Shown: positions 53,908 through 63,326 of the stretch, piece after piece
Layout of the letters: each line of letters starts with the position of its first letter
Position numbering within the stretch: position 1 is the stretch's first letter
Source of the DNA: Candidatus Gastranaerophilales bacterium
Lineage (GTDB): Bacteria; Cyanobacteriota; Vampirovibrionia; Gastranaerophilales; JAILCC01
Reading direction: 5' to 3'
Length of the DNA: 64,000 nucleotides
Assembly: GCA_028696075.1 (NCBI GenBank)
Contig: JAQVHS010000005.1
Location: forward strand, 6,656-70,655
Program-made: the position numbers and the translations under genes
Notes under the pieces: generated by a model
Told to the model about the DNA's origin: nothing
Seen by the model: only the letters and a program-made list of their open reading frames with translations
Databases searched by the model: none

Positions 53908-55797
53908 ATGACATCAATCCAAAATAATATGAGTTATGATTTTAACAAAGACGGCAAAGTAACTTATGATGACTATGAATATGCCGTAGAACAAAAAATC
54001 ACTTTGACTACGGATGAAGTGAACGCATTTGATACGTTGAAGTTGAATGAAATAGTCAATCAAATCGAAGAAGATAACGGTGAAATTGAAACAGCTATTG
54101 TTAATGAAGAAAAAGCATTAAGTTTTGCTACAAATTTATCGGAACCGCCTGATACCAATGATGCTAAAACGTTAAATGCATTACAGCTTATAGCTGCCGA
54201 TTTGTCAGCCTATATCAAAAATTGTGCGCAATCTATAAAATATTTGGAAAGCGTCAACGAAGATTTAAAAATTGAGTTAAAGGAAGTTGAAAATGAAATT
54301 AATATAGCCAAAGAAAAATATGAAGCTAAGACGAAAGAGCTTGCTCAATATCAAACTGAATTGACACATGAATTACAAAGGGCGCTGACAATTTCCGAAG
54401 AAGAAACGGATGCTATGAATGCCCGTTCAAAAAATGCAATAGATAAAGCCATATCGGATTACAAGGATGGTAACTATCCGAACCAAGATCTTCAAGATGT
54501 TATTACCGCTAAATTATCAAATATAGGTATTGATAAAACCCGAATTGATGCAGCATTCAGCATAGCGGACTCAACAGCGAGCAATATAAGAAGATGCGTA
54601 GCGGGTATTGAAACTATAACTTATAATATAAAAACAGCTAATGAAAAATATAATTCAATAAATGCACCTTATAACAACAATGTAAATTTGATAAATTCTC
54701 TGTTATCGTCTTCAAAAAAAGCGACAGACAGTTTCCAAAACGGATTTACCGCAAGACAAAATTTAAGGCAAGCATTGGTTGATAAATATTACGTGTCAAC
54801 AGGCGGTGTTAAACCATCGTCCATATCAAACCCTCAAGTACAAATGCTTAATGAATTTTTGAAGAATAGAGAACTTGATAATATGCCTTTTTCTGATGCA
54901 AGAGTCTTATTAATACAGATATTCGGAGATTGTATTTCTTATAATGAAAGTAAAAATAAATTTACTATTCCAAAAGGGCATGGTGCAGCGGCCAATATCT
55001 ACAACGCTTTAGTAGCTTCATTAAAGGTAAACTATAATACTGACGTTGTCTTTATAGACGAATTAACAGGTGAAGCAGATGAACAAAGCGGAAGTGACAT
55101 AAAAACTAAACGCCGCGACCCTATAGGGTTTACATATAATAATACCCAATATGAATTCATCGCAGACAAAAATAATGACGGTAAATTTAATAACGAAAAT
55201 GAATTTCTCGGAGCAGACAAAGGCTGGAATGAAATGATAGCCTATGATGTTGACGGTAACGGATTAATTGAGGGCGAAGAGCTTAAACAACTTAAACTTC
55301 TCGGAATATCTGAAGACGGCAAATATTCATTCACCAGTGCCGATAAAATCGGAATTGACAAAATTGACCTCAATAGCTATAACAAAATCAGCGAGAAGCA
55401 AATTAACAACAATATATTAGAAGGTACTTATACACTTTCAATCAACGGTGAAGATGTTGACGGTATACAAACTTTTGATACGGTAAAAAATCTGGAAAAT
55501 ACTTTTTCCACTGTATTTGATCAAGAAATATCCGATGAAAACCAAAGTTATAAAGAAAATCCTTTTATGGCAGAATTTGCCGGAAAAGTAAATACTAAAA
55601 CAGTTTTATCTGATACGGATTTTGATAAATCTAAAACCGAAAACACCGTAGATATAAACACTTCAACTGCTGAATCAAAAGCCAAAAACTATACAGTAAC
55701 TGCTCAGGATAAAAGTTTAAGCGAACCCAAAGATACTTCAAATGCGGAAGAACCGGCGGTAGCAGAAGAAAATACGGTAGAAAAGAAGTATAAATAA
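53908..55797 (+). CDS. EF-hand / coiled-coil protein, tandem paralog 1 (629 aa)
   Basis: Ca-binding loops DFNKDGKVTYDD, DKNNDGKFNNEN and DVDGNGLIEGEE. Long coiled coil. AAGGAG RBS. Confidence 0.7.
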   Translation: MTSIQNNMSYDFNKDGKVTYDDYEYAVEQKITLTTDEVNAFDTLKLNEIVNQIEEDNGEIETAIVNEEKALSFATNLSEPPDTNDAKTLNALQLIAADLSAYIKNCAQSIKYLESVNEDLKIELKEVENEINIAKEKYEAKTKELAQYQTELTHELQRALTISEEETDAMNARSKNAIDKAISDYKDGNYPNQDLQDVITAKLSNIGIDKTRIDAAFSIADSTASNIRRCVAGIETITYNIKTANEKYNSINAPYNNNVNLINSLLSSSKKATDSFQNGFTARQNLRQALVDKYYVSTGGVKPSSISNPQVQMLNEFLKNRELDNMPFSDARVLLIQIFGDCISYNESKNKFTIPKGHGAAANIYNALVASLKVNYNTDVVFIDELTGEADEQSGSDIKTKRRDPIGFTYNNTQYEFIADKNNDGKFNNENEFLGADKGWNEMIAYDVDGNGLIEGEELKQLKLLGISEDGKYSFTSADKIGIDKIDLNSYNKISEKQINNNILEGTYTLSINGEDVDGIQTFDTVKNLENTFSTVFDQEISDENQSYKENPFMAEFAGKVNTKTVLSDTDFDKSKTENTVDINTSTAESKAKNYTVTAQDKSLSEPKDTSNAEEPAVAEENTVEKKYK

Positions 55798-55943
55798 AAA
55801 TTGCTAAGATTTTTTCCATTCCTCCAAATGGTTGTCGAAATATTAAATAATTAAGAAATGTTACAATTTTTCTGTTTGTTGAAATATCAGGCAATATATA
55901 ACCTTTATATATAATATGTACGGGTAAAATAAGGAGTAATGGC

Positions 55944-57827
55944 ATGACATCAATTCAAAATAATATGAGTTATGATTTCAACAAAGACGGCAAAGTAACT
56001 TATGATGACTATGAATATGCCGTAGAACAAAAAATCACTTTGACTACGGATGAAGTGAACGCTTTCGATACGTTGAAGTTGAATGAAATAGTCAATCAAA
56101 TCGAAGAAGACAACGGTGAAATTGAAACAGCTATTGTTAATGAAGAAAAAGCGTTAAAATTTGCTCAAAATTTGTCAACGCCGCCCAATACTGATGATGC
56201 CAAAACATTAAACGAATTACAGCTTATAGCTGCCAATTTATCAGCCTATATCAAAAATTGTGCGCAATCTATAAAATATTTGGAAAGCGTAAATGTTGAT
56301 TTAAAAGCTGACTTGAATAAAATAGAAAATGAATTAAATATAGCAAAAGAACAATATGAAGCTAAGACGGTAGAGCTTGCTCAATATCAATCTGAATTGA
56401 CACGTGAATTGCAAAAGGCGCTGACAATTTCCGAAGAAGAAACGGATGCTATGAATGCCCGTTCAAAAAATGCAATAGATAAAGCCATATCGGATTACAA
56501 GGATGGTAACTATCCGAATCAAGATCTTCAAGCTGTTATTACCGCTAAATTATCAAATATAGGTATTGATAAAACCCTTATTAATGCGGCATTTAGTAAT
56601 GCGGATTCTGCGTCCAGTAACATTAGAAGATGTGTAGCAGGGATTGAAACTATAACTTATAATATAAAAACAGCTAATGTTGAATACAATTCTGTTAATA
56701 CTAAGTACAATGCAAATGTTACTTCGGTGAATTCACTATTATCTGCTTCAAGAAAAGCAGCCGATAGCTTCCAAAACGGATTTACCGTAAGGCAAAATTT
56801 AAGACAGACTCTTATTAATACTTATTATACCGCACCGACCGGCAGCGACCCCGCTTCAACAAGTAATGCACAAGTACAAATGCTTAGTGAATTTTTGAAT
56901 AATAAAGAGCTTGATAATATGCCTCTTTCCGATGCAAAGGTGCTATTGCCTCAATTATTTGGCAGCTGCGTTGCTTATAATGAAAATACAAACACATTTA
57001 GTATCCCTAAAGGGCATGACTCAGCGGCAAATATTTTCAACGCTCTTGTAGTTTCATTAAATAATTACAATACCAACGTTGCTTTTATAGACGAATTAAC
57101 AGGTGAAGAAGAGGGCGAGGAAGTCGGTACCACACGGACAGATCCCATAGGGTTTACATATAATAATACCCAATATGAGTTCATCGCAGATAAAAATAAT
57201 GACGGTAAATTTAATAATGCAAGCGAATTTCTCGGAGCAGAAGACGGCTGGAATGAAATGATAGCCTACGATGCTGACGGTAACGGATTAATTGAGGGCG
57301 AAGAGCTTAAACAACTTAAACTTCTCGGAATATCTGCAGACGGTAAATATTCTTTCACCAGCGCAGATAAAGCCGGAATTGACAAAATTGACCTCAATAG
57401 CTATAACAAAATCAGCGAGGAGCAAATTAACAACAATATATTAGAAGGTACTTATACACTTTCAATCAACGGTGAAGATGTCGATGGCATACAAACTTTT
57501 GATACTGCAAAGAACCTTGAAAACACTTTTGCTAACGTCTTTGATAAAACAATAACCGATAAAACAGAAAATTATGTTGAAAATCCGTTTATGGAAGAAT
57601 TTGTAGAAAAAGTAAATACAAGATCAGTTTTAGCCAAGACTGAAACCAACAAAACCCAAAATGAAGATACTATAAATGCAAACGTTGCAAAAGCAGAAGA
57701 AAAAACAAAAAACTATACGGCAACCGAGCAAGATAAAAAACTAAACGAGTCAAAAGATACTTCAAATGCGGAAGAACCTGTAGTAGCAGAAGAAAATACG
57801 GTAGAAAAGAAGAAAAAAGAAGTATAA
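55944..57827 (+). CDS. EF-hand / coiled-coil protein, tandem paralog 2 (627 aa)
   Basis: Same architecture and loops as paralog 1 (DADGNGLIEGEE). Confidence 0.7.
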   Translation: MTSIQNNMSYDFNKDGKVTYDDYEYAVEQKITLTTDEVNAFDTLKLNEIVNQIEEDNGEIETAIVNEEKALKFAQNLSTPPNTDDAKTLNELQLIAANLSAYIKNCAQSIKYLESVNVDLKADLNKIENELNIAKEQYEAKTVELAQYQSELTRELQKALTISEEETDAMNARSKNAIDKAISDYKDGNYPNQDLQAVITAKLSNIGIDKTLINAAFSNADSASSNIRRCVAGIETITYNIKTANVEYNSVNTKYNANVTSVNSLLSASRKAADSFQNGFTVRQNLRQTLINTYYTAPTGSDPASTSNAQVQMLSEFLNNKELDNMPLSDAKVLLPQLFGSCVAYNENTNTFSIPKGHDSAANIFNALVVSLNNYNTNVAFIDELTGEEEGEEVGTTRTDPIGFTYNNTQYEFIADKNNDGKFNNASEFLGAEDGWNEMIAYDADGNGLIEGEELKQLKLLGISADGKYSFTSADKAGIDKIDLNSYNKISEEQINNNILEGTYTLSINGEDVDGIQTFDTAKNLENTFANVFDKTITDKTENYVENPFMEEFVEKVNTRSVLAKTETNKTQNEDTINANVAKAEEKTKNYTATEQDKKLNESKDTSNAEEPVVAEENTVEKKKKEV

Positions 57828-57845
57828 ATATAAGCACAAGCATTT

Positions 57846-57886
57846 AGAGGCGCAGAAGATTTTTAACTTCTGCGCCTCTTGATTTT
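57846..57886 (+). terminator. rho-independent terminator
   Basis: 13-bp perfect stem AGAGGCGCAGAAG / CTTCTGCGCCTCT with 8-nt loop, then TGATTTT. Confidence 0.7.
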
Positions 57887-58007
57887 CGATATAATTTATT
57901 TTAATTTTTACTACAATTGTAACAAATTGTGTAATACTCTAAATATGTGATTTAAAATTTGCAAAAATGTGGAATAATATACATGTAAAGAATTAAAGGT
58001 TATAGTT

Positions 58008-59069
58008 ATGAAACAAAGACTATCAGCTTTTGATGACTTTCACAAAAAGTATTTTGTGATAAATAACTATTTTCTGTCCTTTAATTCTGACGAGATTTTT
58101 AAATTTGAACCGCAAAATAATACCTGCTCATCAAAAAGCAGGTATTATTTTGAGCTGAAAAAAATAGTTAACCTTCCTTGTCCTTGCTGCGGAAGGATTA
58201 TGACAACCAGAGATGAAATGAACGATTTTGTAGAAAATATTAAAATGGCAAAAGGTCAGACTTTAATTGAGGAGTTAACAAAATACGAGGGGCGCATAAA
58301 AGGTATAGAAAAACAGGTATTAAAAAAAGTTAAAATTAACGCAAAAAAACACCCCGACAAAAATTTAAAAGAGCTTTTTAAACAAATGTACAGAAATTCC
58401 ATACAACAGCTTGAAAATTCACAACAAAAAGTTATAGCTAAAGTTATGAAATTATCCGACGGGCTTGAGGGTCGGACTTATATAACAGTAAAAAAGGATA
58501 TAAAAACCGTAAACACCCTTTTGCAAAAAAGGCGTAACTCACAAGTTTTCAAAAGAAAAACTTTTATTACAAGTTTTTATAAATTGATAATGGAAGAAGA
58601 AAACCCTCGTAATAAAAAAATTCTTGAACTTATTGCCCAAAAAGCCAAAGGTTTGCCGACATCAGGTAACAGCACGGATGCGTTTATTGTTAAGTATCAT
58701 AGACGACGAATTGACGAAATCGCCCAACGATTGCTTGACGCTTCCCTTGCCAGCACAGAACATGTAAATCCCCGCAGCTGCGGCGGGGTAAATGACCCTT
58801 CTAACTATCTTGTACAGTGTAAGTATTGCAACAGCGAAAGAAGTTCGCTAGAGTACAAAGACTGGCTAAAAAAACACCCGGAAATGAAAAGAAATATTCA
58901 GGTTCATATAGATAAAGTGATATCTTTAATTCTTAACGAACAAATAAACGGTTATGATTTTTATCCTTTGGTTATAAAATATACACTTGTAAAAGAGTCA
59001 AAAGGCTTGCTTGATATTAATATTGAAAATATTATAGATTATTTAAAGTATAAGTACCTTGCCGCTTAA
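58008..59069 (+). CDS. Zn-ribbon / helical / HNH nuclease-domain protein, paralog 3
   Basis: CPCCG ribbon, FKRKTF and LPTS..AFIVKYHRR motifs. HNH core STEHVNPRSCGGVNDPSNYLVQCKYCNSERS, the most canonical of the three. Confidence 0.8.
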   Translation: MKQRLSAFDDFHKKYFVINNYFLSFNSDEIFKFEPQNNTCSSKSRYYFELKKIVNLPCPCCGRIMTTRDEMNDFVENIKMAKGQTLIEELTKYEGRIKGIEKQVLKKVKINAKKHPDKNLKELFKQMYRNSIQQLENSQQKVIAKVMKLSDGLEGRTYITVKKDIKTVNTLLQKRRNSQVFKRKTFITSFYKLIMEEENPRNKKILELIAQKAKGLPTSGNSTDAFIVKYHRRRIDEIAQRLLDASLASTEHVNPRSCGGVNDPSNYLVQCKYCNSERSSLEYKDWLKKHPEMKRNIQVHIDKVISLILNEQINGYDFYPLVIKYTLVKESKGLLDINIENIIDYLKYKYLAA

Positions 59070-59713
59070 AAATATTTTCTCGCAAAACCGTATACTTTAC
59101 CTATAATGTATAATTTGTTAATTTCTTCTTTCCTCAAAATAATTTGTGCATAGTCTTTATTATCAGAAGTTATAATGACTTCATTAATATTTTTGGACAG
59201 ACGTTTAACAAAAATTTCATTCTCATACATAAAAATATAAATATGATTATCGATGATTTGTTCGTTTCCGTAATGTTCTATCAAAACCAAATCCCTGTCC
59301 TTGATTTCAGGCTCCATGCTATTTCCCCGGATTTTTATAACGGAGTATTTTTTACCCGGTCTAATTTGCTTAGGCATCAATTCTAAAGGAAGAGCAATTT
59401 TTTCTGAATTTTCAGATGCTGCAATGCCCCCGATTCCGCAAGATGCATAGATATCATAATAAAAATCTAACGTAACTAAATTACATTTTAATGTATTTTT
59501 TTCACTATCTTCATCGGTAAAATAAGATAAAGGAACTCTAAAATTATTACAAAATATCCTCAATTTATTTAACTGCGGTTCATTTATACCATTTTCCCAG
59601 TGAGATATGGTTTTCTGATCGACGCCTATCGCCCTTGCTACAACTTCCTGTGAAAGCCTTAGTTCTTTCCTTTTCAGCTTAAAACGCCGAGATATTGTAT
59701 TTACCATTTCCAT
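59066..59713 (-). CDS. CI/LexA-like repressor (XRE HTH + S24 peptidase domain)
   Basis: N-terminal LRLSQEVVARAIGVDQKTISHWENG HTH. C-terminal GNSMEP (catalytic Ser) and FVKRL (catalytic Lys). Confidence 0.85.
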   Translation of the reverse strand: MEMVNTISRRFKLKRKELRLSQEVVARAIGVDQKTISHWENGINEPQLNKLRIFCNNFRVPLSYFTDEDSEKNTLKCNLVTLDFYYDIYASCGIGGIAASENSEKIALPLELMPKQIRPGKKYSVIKIRGNSMEPEIKDRDLVLIEHYGNEQIIDNHIYIFMYENEIFVKRLSKNINEVIITSDNKDYAQIILRKEEINKLYIIGKVYGFARKYF

Positions 59714-59734
59714 TCCTTTTTCTTATAAATGCCC

Positions 59735-59763
59735 TTGACAATTATTACAAATTATCCTATTAT
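59735..59763 (+). promoter_or_regulatory. sigma-70-type promoter TTGACA-N17-TATTAT, divergent from the repressor gene
   Basis: TTGACA at 59735-59740, 17-nt spacer, TATTAT at 59758-59763. About 85 nt upstream of the 59848 ORF. Confidence 0.55.
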
Positions 59764-59847
59764 TGTTCCAACATGCATGTCATAAAAATAATAATAAAAA
59801 AAAATTGTTTTTACAAGTAAATTAATTAGAAATTGTGGAGTATGAAA

Positions 59848-60147
59848 ATGTATCAAAAAACGAAAAAATGTGCGTATTGCACTGCCTTTTTGAGGTGCGA
59901 AATTTGCGGCGCTCAGACCTGCGACAATACTGCGGAAGAGAATTATTTAATTTATCAAACAGGGGAAAAAAGTCTTTTTTACAACTTTTTGGAGAAAAAA
60001 ATTTACAAAAACTCCTTAACTAATGAGTTTAAGGAAATTGATTTTCAAACAGCAATCAGGGAAATTGATACCTTGCCGGATAAAACGTCAGACTGGAAAC
60101 GGCTGCAAATTATCAATATAGCAACAGATTTAGGGTTGTTGGCTTAA
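59848..60147 (+). CDS. hypothetical protein with N-terminal CxxC..CxxC zinc ribbon (99 aa)
   Basis: GGAG RBS 7 nt upstream of the ATG at 59848. CAYC..CEIC motif. Confidence 0.5.
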   Translation: MYQKTKKCAYCTAFLRCEICGAQTCDNTAEENYLIYQTGEKSLFYNFLEKKIYKNSLTNEFKEIDFQTAIREIDTLPDKTSDWKRLQIINIATDLGLLA

Positions 60148-60329
60148 TGAGAATTAAACAAATTATTAATGAATTGGATAATATTGATAGAGTAATTTTA
60201 TCAATAAGTGATTTGCTGGAATCTGCAGATAAGGCAAAAGATATTACTAAAATACAACAGGAAATTAATCAATTAACTGACAAATTAATACGATTAAAAG
60301 AAACAGTTAACGAAAAAAGGAGAATTTAG
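60147..60329 (+). CDS. small coiled-coil protein (60 aa)
   Basis: Start overlaps the upstream stop (TAATG). Heptad-like sequence. Confidence 0.4.
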   Translation: MRIKQIINELDNIDRVILSISDLLESADKAKDITKIQQEINQLTDKLIRLKETVNEKRRI

Positions 60330-60333
60330 GGAT

Positions 60334-60420
60334 ATGAAACGTGATATTTACGGCTATTTAGAAGCCTTGGGGTTACTTTTAATATTGATAATCTATTACA
60401 TATATTTTGTAACCGTGTAA
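60334..60420 (+). CDS. possible 28-aa single-TM peptide (MKRDIYGYLEALGLLLILIIYYIYFVTV)
   Basis: AAGGAG RBS upstream. Hydrophobic core. Below the ORF-track cutoff, translated by eye. Confidence 0.3.
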   Translation: MKRDIYGYLEALGLLLILIIYYIYFVTV

Positions 60421-60432
60421 AGGAGTAATATT

Positions 60433-60921
60433 GTGATAAATTTAGACGAAGCGGCAAAAATGCTAAAAATGAAAACTACTACTTTGCGTTATTGGTTGAA
60501 AAAAAATATCCTTGATTGTAAAGAAAACGGCTGTACTTTTGATTTGAATAACTTAACTTCAAAAACAAAAGTGTCAAAAACAATACAGACCCAAAGAACA
60601 ATAAAAAGGTATTATGAACAAATTATGATAGAAAATCCAAATATATTTAAAAAAATCTTTGAAAATTACATGGAATTCGTAAAAAAGATAAAAAGTATAA
60701 ACAAAATGTGCAAAAACCTTAACTGGACAACCTCTGCTATTGATTGTTATTTGGCAGGATTGAACTGCTCAAAATGCTTTAATGAGCGGATATGCAGTAA
60801 ATTTACCAAGGAGGGGCAAACTCCTCCCATGAAAAAAACTGTCCTGCTGCTTATTAAAAACAGAGGAATTCCTGTATTTACAAGTCCTTTTGAAGAAGAA
60901 GAATCTATTCGTCTTCTATGA
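60433..60921 (+). CDS. HTH (excisionase/MerR-like) protein with Cys-rich C-terminal half (GTG start)
   Basis: N-terminal LDEAAKMLKMKTTTLRYWLKKN resembles HTH_17/AlpA-type motifs. AAGGAG RBS. Confidence 0.5.
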   Translation: MINLDEAAKMLKMKTTTLRYWLKKNILDCKENGCTFDLNNLTSKTKVSKTIQTQRTIKRYYEQIMIENPNIFKKIFENYMEFVKKIKSINKMCKNLNWTTSAIDCYLAGLNCSKCFNERICSKFTKEGQTPPMKKTVLLLIKNRGIPVFTSPFEEEESIRLL

Positions 60922-61177
60922 TTGATATTTCGGGTTTGGAATTAAAATTGTCTATAAAGTGGGAGTATCTTTCCATTCTGAGTTTTAACCAGCTCACCAT
61001 GGTATCTGAACCATATACTTCCACTATTCTTTTTCTTGAAAATTCTCTGTAAGGCGTGATTTTAGATTCTTCAAGGTAAGTATTGCACTTGCAATTAAGC
61101 TCTTCTATTAAATCGTAGAGCGTTTTAAGCCATGCAGCCTGAACGTTATTTTCTTCTACCTGAAATTTTAAAATCAT
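60905..61177 (-). CDS. hypothetical protein (90 aa)
   Basis: ORF convergent with and overlapping the 60433 gene end. No motif recognised. Confidence 0.35.
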   Translation of the reverse strand: MILKFQVEENNVQAAWLKTLYDLIEELNCKCNTYLEESKITPYREFSRKRIVEVYGSDTMVSWLKLRMERYSHFIDNFNSKPEISIIEDE

Positions 61178-61412
61178 TGTGTACGCTTATTCCTGACTAT
61201 TCTCGATATATTACTACTATAATTGTAACATATTGTGTATTTTTTTAAAGTATTAAATATATATATTATAAGCATTTGTTGAGCATGTTTTTAATAGACT
61301 GAAACTTACAATAAAAAGTGTAAATTTTTCTTTACATTCTCGTTGAAAAGACTAAAGTTTTCCTTAAAACAGTCGATATACATGTTATCGGATAGAAAAG
61401 GAGTTATCGAAC

Positions 61413-61688
61413 ATGAGTTTTAATTCAGGAAACAATATTCAATTTAATCCGGAACGCTATAAACCGATTGAAAAAACTCAATTGGAAAAAACTATTGATA
61501 AGTTTTTGTTTCCCGTTTTTGATTTCTTTTCAAGAACAACCGAAGAGGATGCACCTGAAGCTGAAATTGCTATGGACAAAGAGTTCGCTCAAGAATATGA
61601 AACATACAAAAATATTAACGGTAATATAAGAGCAATTTTGACCGCTAATGATAAAAAAAGCGGACATAGCTTTAATATGGTTATTTAG
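61413..61688 (+). CDS. hypothetical protein (91 aa)
   Basis: AAGGAG RBS 8 nt upstream. No motif recognised. Confidence 0.45.
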   Translation: MSFNSGNNIQFNPERYKPIEKTQLEKTIDKFLFPVFDFFSRTTEEDAPEAEIAMDKEFAQEYETYKNINGNIRAILTANDKKSGHSFNMVI

Positions 61689-61707
61689 GCTTATAATATT
61701 GAATGTC

Positions 61708-61747
61708 ATAAGCCCAAACATTGCTCAACGCAAGCGTTTTGGCTTAT
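61708..61747 (+). other. hairpin motif with conserved 18-nt loop CATTGCTCAACGCAAGCG (instance 2)
   Basis: Stem ATAAGCCCAAA / TTTTGGCTTAT. An upstream GGCTTAT (61688-61694) can alternatively pair with ATAAGCC. Confidence 0.5.
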
Positions 61748-61972
61748 TCTGTATAGTTTTGTAAATAAAATAATAAAATAGTTGAAAAATTTTTTTGTGG
61801 TAGTAATATAATAATATAACTAACCATAGATAGTAGGATAAATTGTTTCCTTAATAGTTACCTAACGCTGCTAGTAATAGCAGCTTTTTTATTATGTATA
61901 AACATGCCCGAAACTTGTATCATATCGCTAATTTTGTTAATATAAAACAGTGACTTGATAAATGGAGAAATA

Positions 61973-63313
61973 ATGCCAGCCAAAGTAAAAGAAGTAAAAA
62001 CGGTTAATTATCCGTTTTTGACTGCTCCGGTTGAAATTTACGAGCTTGAAAACGGACATAAGGTTGTCTTTGCGAAAAAAGAAGGCGATTTAATTAATAT
62101 AAGCTCATGGGTAAAAACAGGGTCTATCAATGAAGATGACCATAATAACGGGATTTCGCATTTTTTGGAACATTTAATGTTTAAAGGAACAACTAAATTT
62201 AAAGCCGGCGAATTTGACAGACTTTTAGAGTCAAAAGGAGCTGTCATAAACGCCGCAACCTGGAAAGATTATACATTTTACTATATAACCATGCCTAAAG
62301 GCGTACACGGACAAAATGTTGATTTTGCCATAAAAATGCATGCCGATATGATGGTAGATGCACGGCTTCCTAGGGAAGAAATAGGTCCTGAATTTGACCC
62401 TGCCAATCCTGACGTAAAAGAAAAACGCGAAAGATACGTCGTTATTGAAGAAATCCGCATGAGAGATGACCAGCCCTGGACAAAAACTTACAACGAGGCT
62501 AACCATAATATGTATGATAATCACCCTTACGGACGTGATGTTATAGGTACTAAAGAAATTATTGCAAATATTTCCCAAGAAGAGATTGTGGATTATTATA
62601 ACTCTTACTATACCCCTGAAAATATTACCACTATCGTCGCAGGGGATATAGATTTTGAAAAAGCACTTACATTAATCCGGGGAGAGTTTAAATTCAAACA
62701 CCAAAAAGGCAAAGAAAAACCCGGGCTTGCCGAAGTTGAGCCTTTAAAGGCGCCCGTATACGTTGAAAACAAAGGCGAAATCAATACGGGATTTTTGATT
62801 ATGGGCTTCCACGGGGCTAAGGCAACGGATAACAAAGGAACAATTTTGCTTGAGATTGTAAGTTTAATTTTAGGGGACGGTATAAGTTCGAGGCTTTATC
62901 AAAATCTTATTGAAAAAAGCACCAAATCTATTTTTAACGTAATTGACAGCGGGCAATACCAGTTTAAAGACGGTAATACTTTCTTTATTAATGCGAATTT
63001 TGACCCACAACATAAAGAGCAGGCAATCACAGCCATCAAAGAAGAGGTCCGCAAAATGCAAGATGAGCTTATCAGCGATGAAGAGCTTGAAAAAGCCTGT
63101 AAAAAACTAAAAGTCAAATTTGCAGACAGTGCGGAAACAGTTTCTGAAATAGCAGAAACTATCGGATATTATATGACGGTATGTGAGAGCCTTGAGCAGT
63201 GTGGAGAGTATCTCACGGTGCTTCAGGATATTACAAAAGAAGATGTACAAAAAGCCTGCCAAAAGTATCTTGATTTGAATACATATTCAATGTCTATACT
63301 TATGCCACAGTAA
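61973..63313 (+). CDS. M16 (pitrilysin) family zinc peptidase, catalytic subunit
   Basis: HFLEHLMFKGT (HxxEH) zinc motif. GGAGA RBS before the ATG at 61973. The track ORF starts at 61955. Confidence 0.9.
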   Translation: MPAKVKEVKTVNYPFLTAPVEIYELENGHKVVFAKKEGDLINISSWVKTGSINEDDHNNGISHFLEHLMFKGTTKFKAGEFDRLLESKGAVINAATWKDYTFYYITMPKGVHGQNVDFAIKMHADMMVDARLPREEIGPEFDPANPDVKEKRERYVVIEEIRMRDDQPWTKTYNEANHNMYDNHPYGRDVIGTKEIIANISQEEIVDYYNSYYTPENITTIVAGDIDFEKALTLIRGEFKFKHQKGKEKPGLAEVEPLKAPVYVENKGEINTGFLIMGFHGAKATDNKGTILLEIVSLILGDGISSRLYQNLIEKSTKSIFNVIDSGQYQFKDGNTFFINANFDPQHKEQAITAIKEEVRKMQDELISDEELEKACKKLKVKFADSAETVSEIAETIGYYMTVCESLEQCGEYLTVLQDITKEDVQKACQKYLDLNTYSMSILMPQ

Positions 63314-63326
63314 TTAAGGAAAAATT

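Larger units (their letters stand above)
53814..57827 (+). repeat. tandem duplication (period 2036 bp) of promoter region plus EF-hand protein gene
   Basis: The upstream 94 nt and first about 210 nt of CDS are nearly identical between copies starting at 53814 and 55850. The remainder is a mosaic of identical and diverged blocks. Confidence 0.9.

Noticed and set aside
57918-57933. ECF-sigma or NtcA-type reading of the recurrent TGTAACA..TTGT motif
   Set aside because: No CGTC/CGAC -10 element follows at 16-17 nt as ECF promoters require. The GTA-N8-TAC NtcA palindrome is not satisfied. I kept it only as an unassigned upstream motif.
57884-61700. Intact prophage
   Set aside because: Only a repressor, small regulators and an HNH gene are present. 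There are no integrase, terminase, capsid, tail or lysis genes. At most it is a remnant or a small regulatory islet.
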